DNA of 62,551 nt, counting the filler, from Collodictyon triciliatum (lineage: Eukaryota): NCBI GenBank assembly GCA_043381765.1. It is 11 parts of 11 records of this genome, joined end to end, with 100 filler letters (N's around TTAATTAATTAA, not from the genome) between each part and the next. Parts side by side here need not be neighbours in the genome. Positions count along the whole stretch, not along the records: positions 60,081 to 62,551 come from JBHJMP010004860.1; 10 more parts are not named here. One strand, 5' to 3'. This document shows positions 60,803 through 62,551 of this stretch, in pieces (within the stretch, counting starts at the first letter, position 1; each line of letters opens with the position of its first letter). The translations under genes and the position numbers were made by a program. The notes under the pieces are model-generated. The model made no database searches. It was given only the letters and a program-made list of their open reading frames with translations, and was not told the origin of the DNA.

Positions 60803-62339
60803 CTAACCTGTTACGTCGATGATATCGGGGTGATTTGCCAAGGAGGGTGAGTCTATGAACATTTTTTTGGAGTAGAATTCCATGAAATCCTTTACTTCTT
60901 TCTAAAAGTGATAGCACCCGTATTTATGATGCAATTTGTTTAGAAGCCCATCAAATTTAAATCATCACTGTTCATAAAATGCTAATTAATTATCAACCAT
61001 TCATTTTTTCATGAATTGTAAATAAAATAATTGTAAAGTAACTGGAGAAGTCATAAGTTCATGGCCCTTTGGGTATTCTTTCCATTCCACATTTTGCTTC
61101 ATGAATAACTGAGCTTCTTGGTACTAATACAATTTTTATATTTCACCTTATTATGAATCAATCACCTCACTCGTCTAGAGTAATATGCTTTAATCCTCTT
61201 TTACTCGATTCAAATAATCCAAAATAATAAAAAAACGAGATATTAAGTTTAAAAAATGACGCAATGAAAAGCAGAAAAAAGGAAATATTCAAACCCGGAG
61301 TCTCATCCTTTAATTGAAGTTGCATCATCTTTCAGTCCATGAGTAATCAAAGTTGGAGTTCTATATTATGAGTCTGAAGAATGTTGCGAGGATGCCTCAG
61401 GAATAACAGGTCCACTGACACTAATGATTCCACCAAGTTTTCTGTTCAATCGAGAACCAATATGAAGAGCCATGGAACCACCCTTATACATGTGTTGTTA
61501 TTATATTTCAGCACGCCAAGTACAATTTTAAACAAAATGAAGTTGTAATTAAAAAGGAAAAAAGAAACATAACACTTCAGAGCACATAATTGAGCGCTCT
61601 ATTCATGGGATACGAAAAATCCTTGACCAAAACCTGGGAGAACCCAAACAGAAAGATCTTTTCGAAAGAAAACTTTGTTGCTGTCGCAATGTTATTTATC
61701 ATAGCTACAAAAATCTTTTCAGTCTGATACAGTCCTTGTCGGCGAATCGGATTCATGGGCATCAGTGCTTTGAAAGAAATATGTTCGATAAGAAGAAGAA
61801 AAGCAACATGAAGAAAAAAAACTGCATGACTGAAGATGATTAAATGAAAATATATTTTCTCCAGACAAGCCTTCATGATTACAAATCCGGCTTGGATTCG
61901 GGCATCAGGCCAACAAACCTGCTCCATCGGCATCAAAGTGAGGAAACCAGCCGAAACCAAAATCCAAGATAGGCTCCGGTCCAGTGAGACAGACTGCGAC
62001 GGTCTGAGGAAGATTCATCTTGGCCATGAGGCGCTGAAGCGAAGCAGGCCGATCCCCAAGGCCGTGCAGAACAAAAACCAGATTCGTGGTTGTGAGCGAG
62101 TCAGGTTGGCTTGGGTGGAAACACAGAGGGTCTCCTTGAAAGGCCTTTGGAATCCACTTGCGAATGGACTCGACAATGTCGCTTGTGTTTCTGGGCGGGC
62201 TTGAGTGTGCTGCTTGGCATGTCGCTTTGTGTCGCGTCCAGTCGCTCTTTTGGCAAGTGGCGTTGCAGTAACGAATGCTTCGGCAGCGCGAACAACGCAG
62301 GAGACTCGCTTGTGCCGTGTGGCAGAACGCACACTCCAT
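60803..62339 (-). CDS. MYND zinc finger fused to a phospholipase/carboxylesterase (LYPLA/APT-like alpha/beta hydrolase)
   Basis: MYND: CAFC..LLRCSRCRSIRYCNATCQKSDWTRHKATC. Hydrolase: VFVLHGLGD, GFGWF, IFLFGFSQ|GGSMAL (nucleophile elbow), LITHGLKDD, KEYPKGH. Stop 60803-60805. Confidence 0.88.
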
Positions 62340-62443
62340 TTTCTGCTGCTGGAAAGGAAACACCAAAGGGTGGCTGAAAGGAAGGAAAAAGGGAAAGAAA
62401 AGAGCTGCACTAATTATTTGTATGTGATAGAGTCCCATTCTCT

Positions 62444-62445
<2 letters not shown>

Positions 62446-62491
<46 letters not shown>

Positions 62492-62492
62492 T

Positions 62493-62551
<59 letters not shown>
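62446..62551. repeat. poly(A) immediately followed by poly(T)
   Basis: Direct reading: a long A run followed by a T run interrupted by one C. Confidence 0.95.

Noticed and set aside
62446-62551. poly(A)-poly(T) hairpin
   Set aside because: Most likely an assembly or amplification fold-back artefact of a homopolymer.

Overview
This is intron-rich eukaryotic DNA, not prokaryotic. It looks like an amoeboid protist, since it carries a WAVE subunit (BRK1) and an Acanthamoeba/mimivirus-type cyclase-kinase. The window is not one locus: it is 11 contigs (about 5.9 kb each, the last truncated) joined by an artificial 100-nt linker (N44-TTAATTAATTAA-N44), so adjacency across linkers means nothing. Genes were reconstructed by hand-splicing GT-AG introns. 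They are: a degenerate class III cyclase + TKL kinase, a Nup85-like protein, a CH-like + DUF4062 + NACHT STAND protein, a MARK/Kin1 kinase, an LRR protein, a secreted bacterial-type S1 pseudoprotease-EGF-FG-GAP fusion, a small YABBY/HMG-like protein, IAH1, a TRIM-NHL, a sulfotransferase-like + GT77 fusion, BRK1, PI4K-IIIbeta, TBC1D5-like, HDHD5, PIP5K, an intronless GT61 and a MYND-alpha/beta-hydrolase fusion. The clearest non-genic signal is one L1/Tx1-like LINE family. It occurs as three longer 3' fragments and four tiny (about 40-60 bp) intronic 3'-end insertions. Three of the tiny copies have perfect 15-17 bp target-site duplications, and their antisense strand reads as a 3' splice acceptor. 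All exon models and family calls come from motif recognition by eye; no searches were run.
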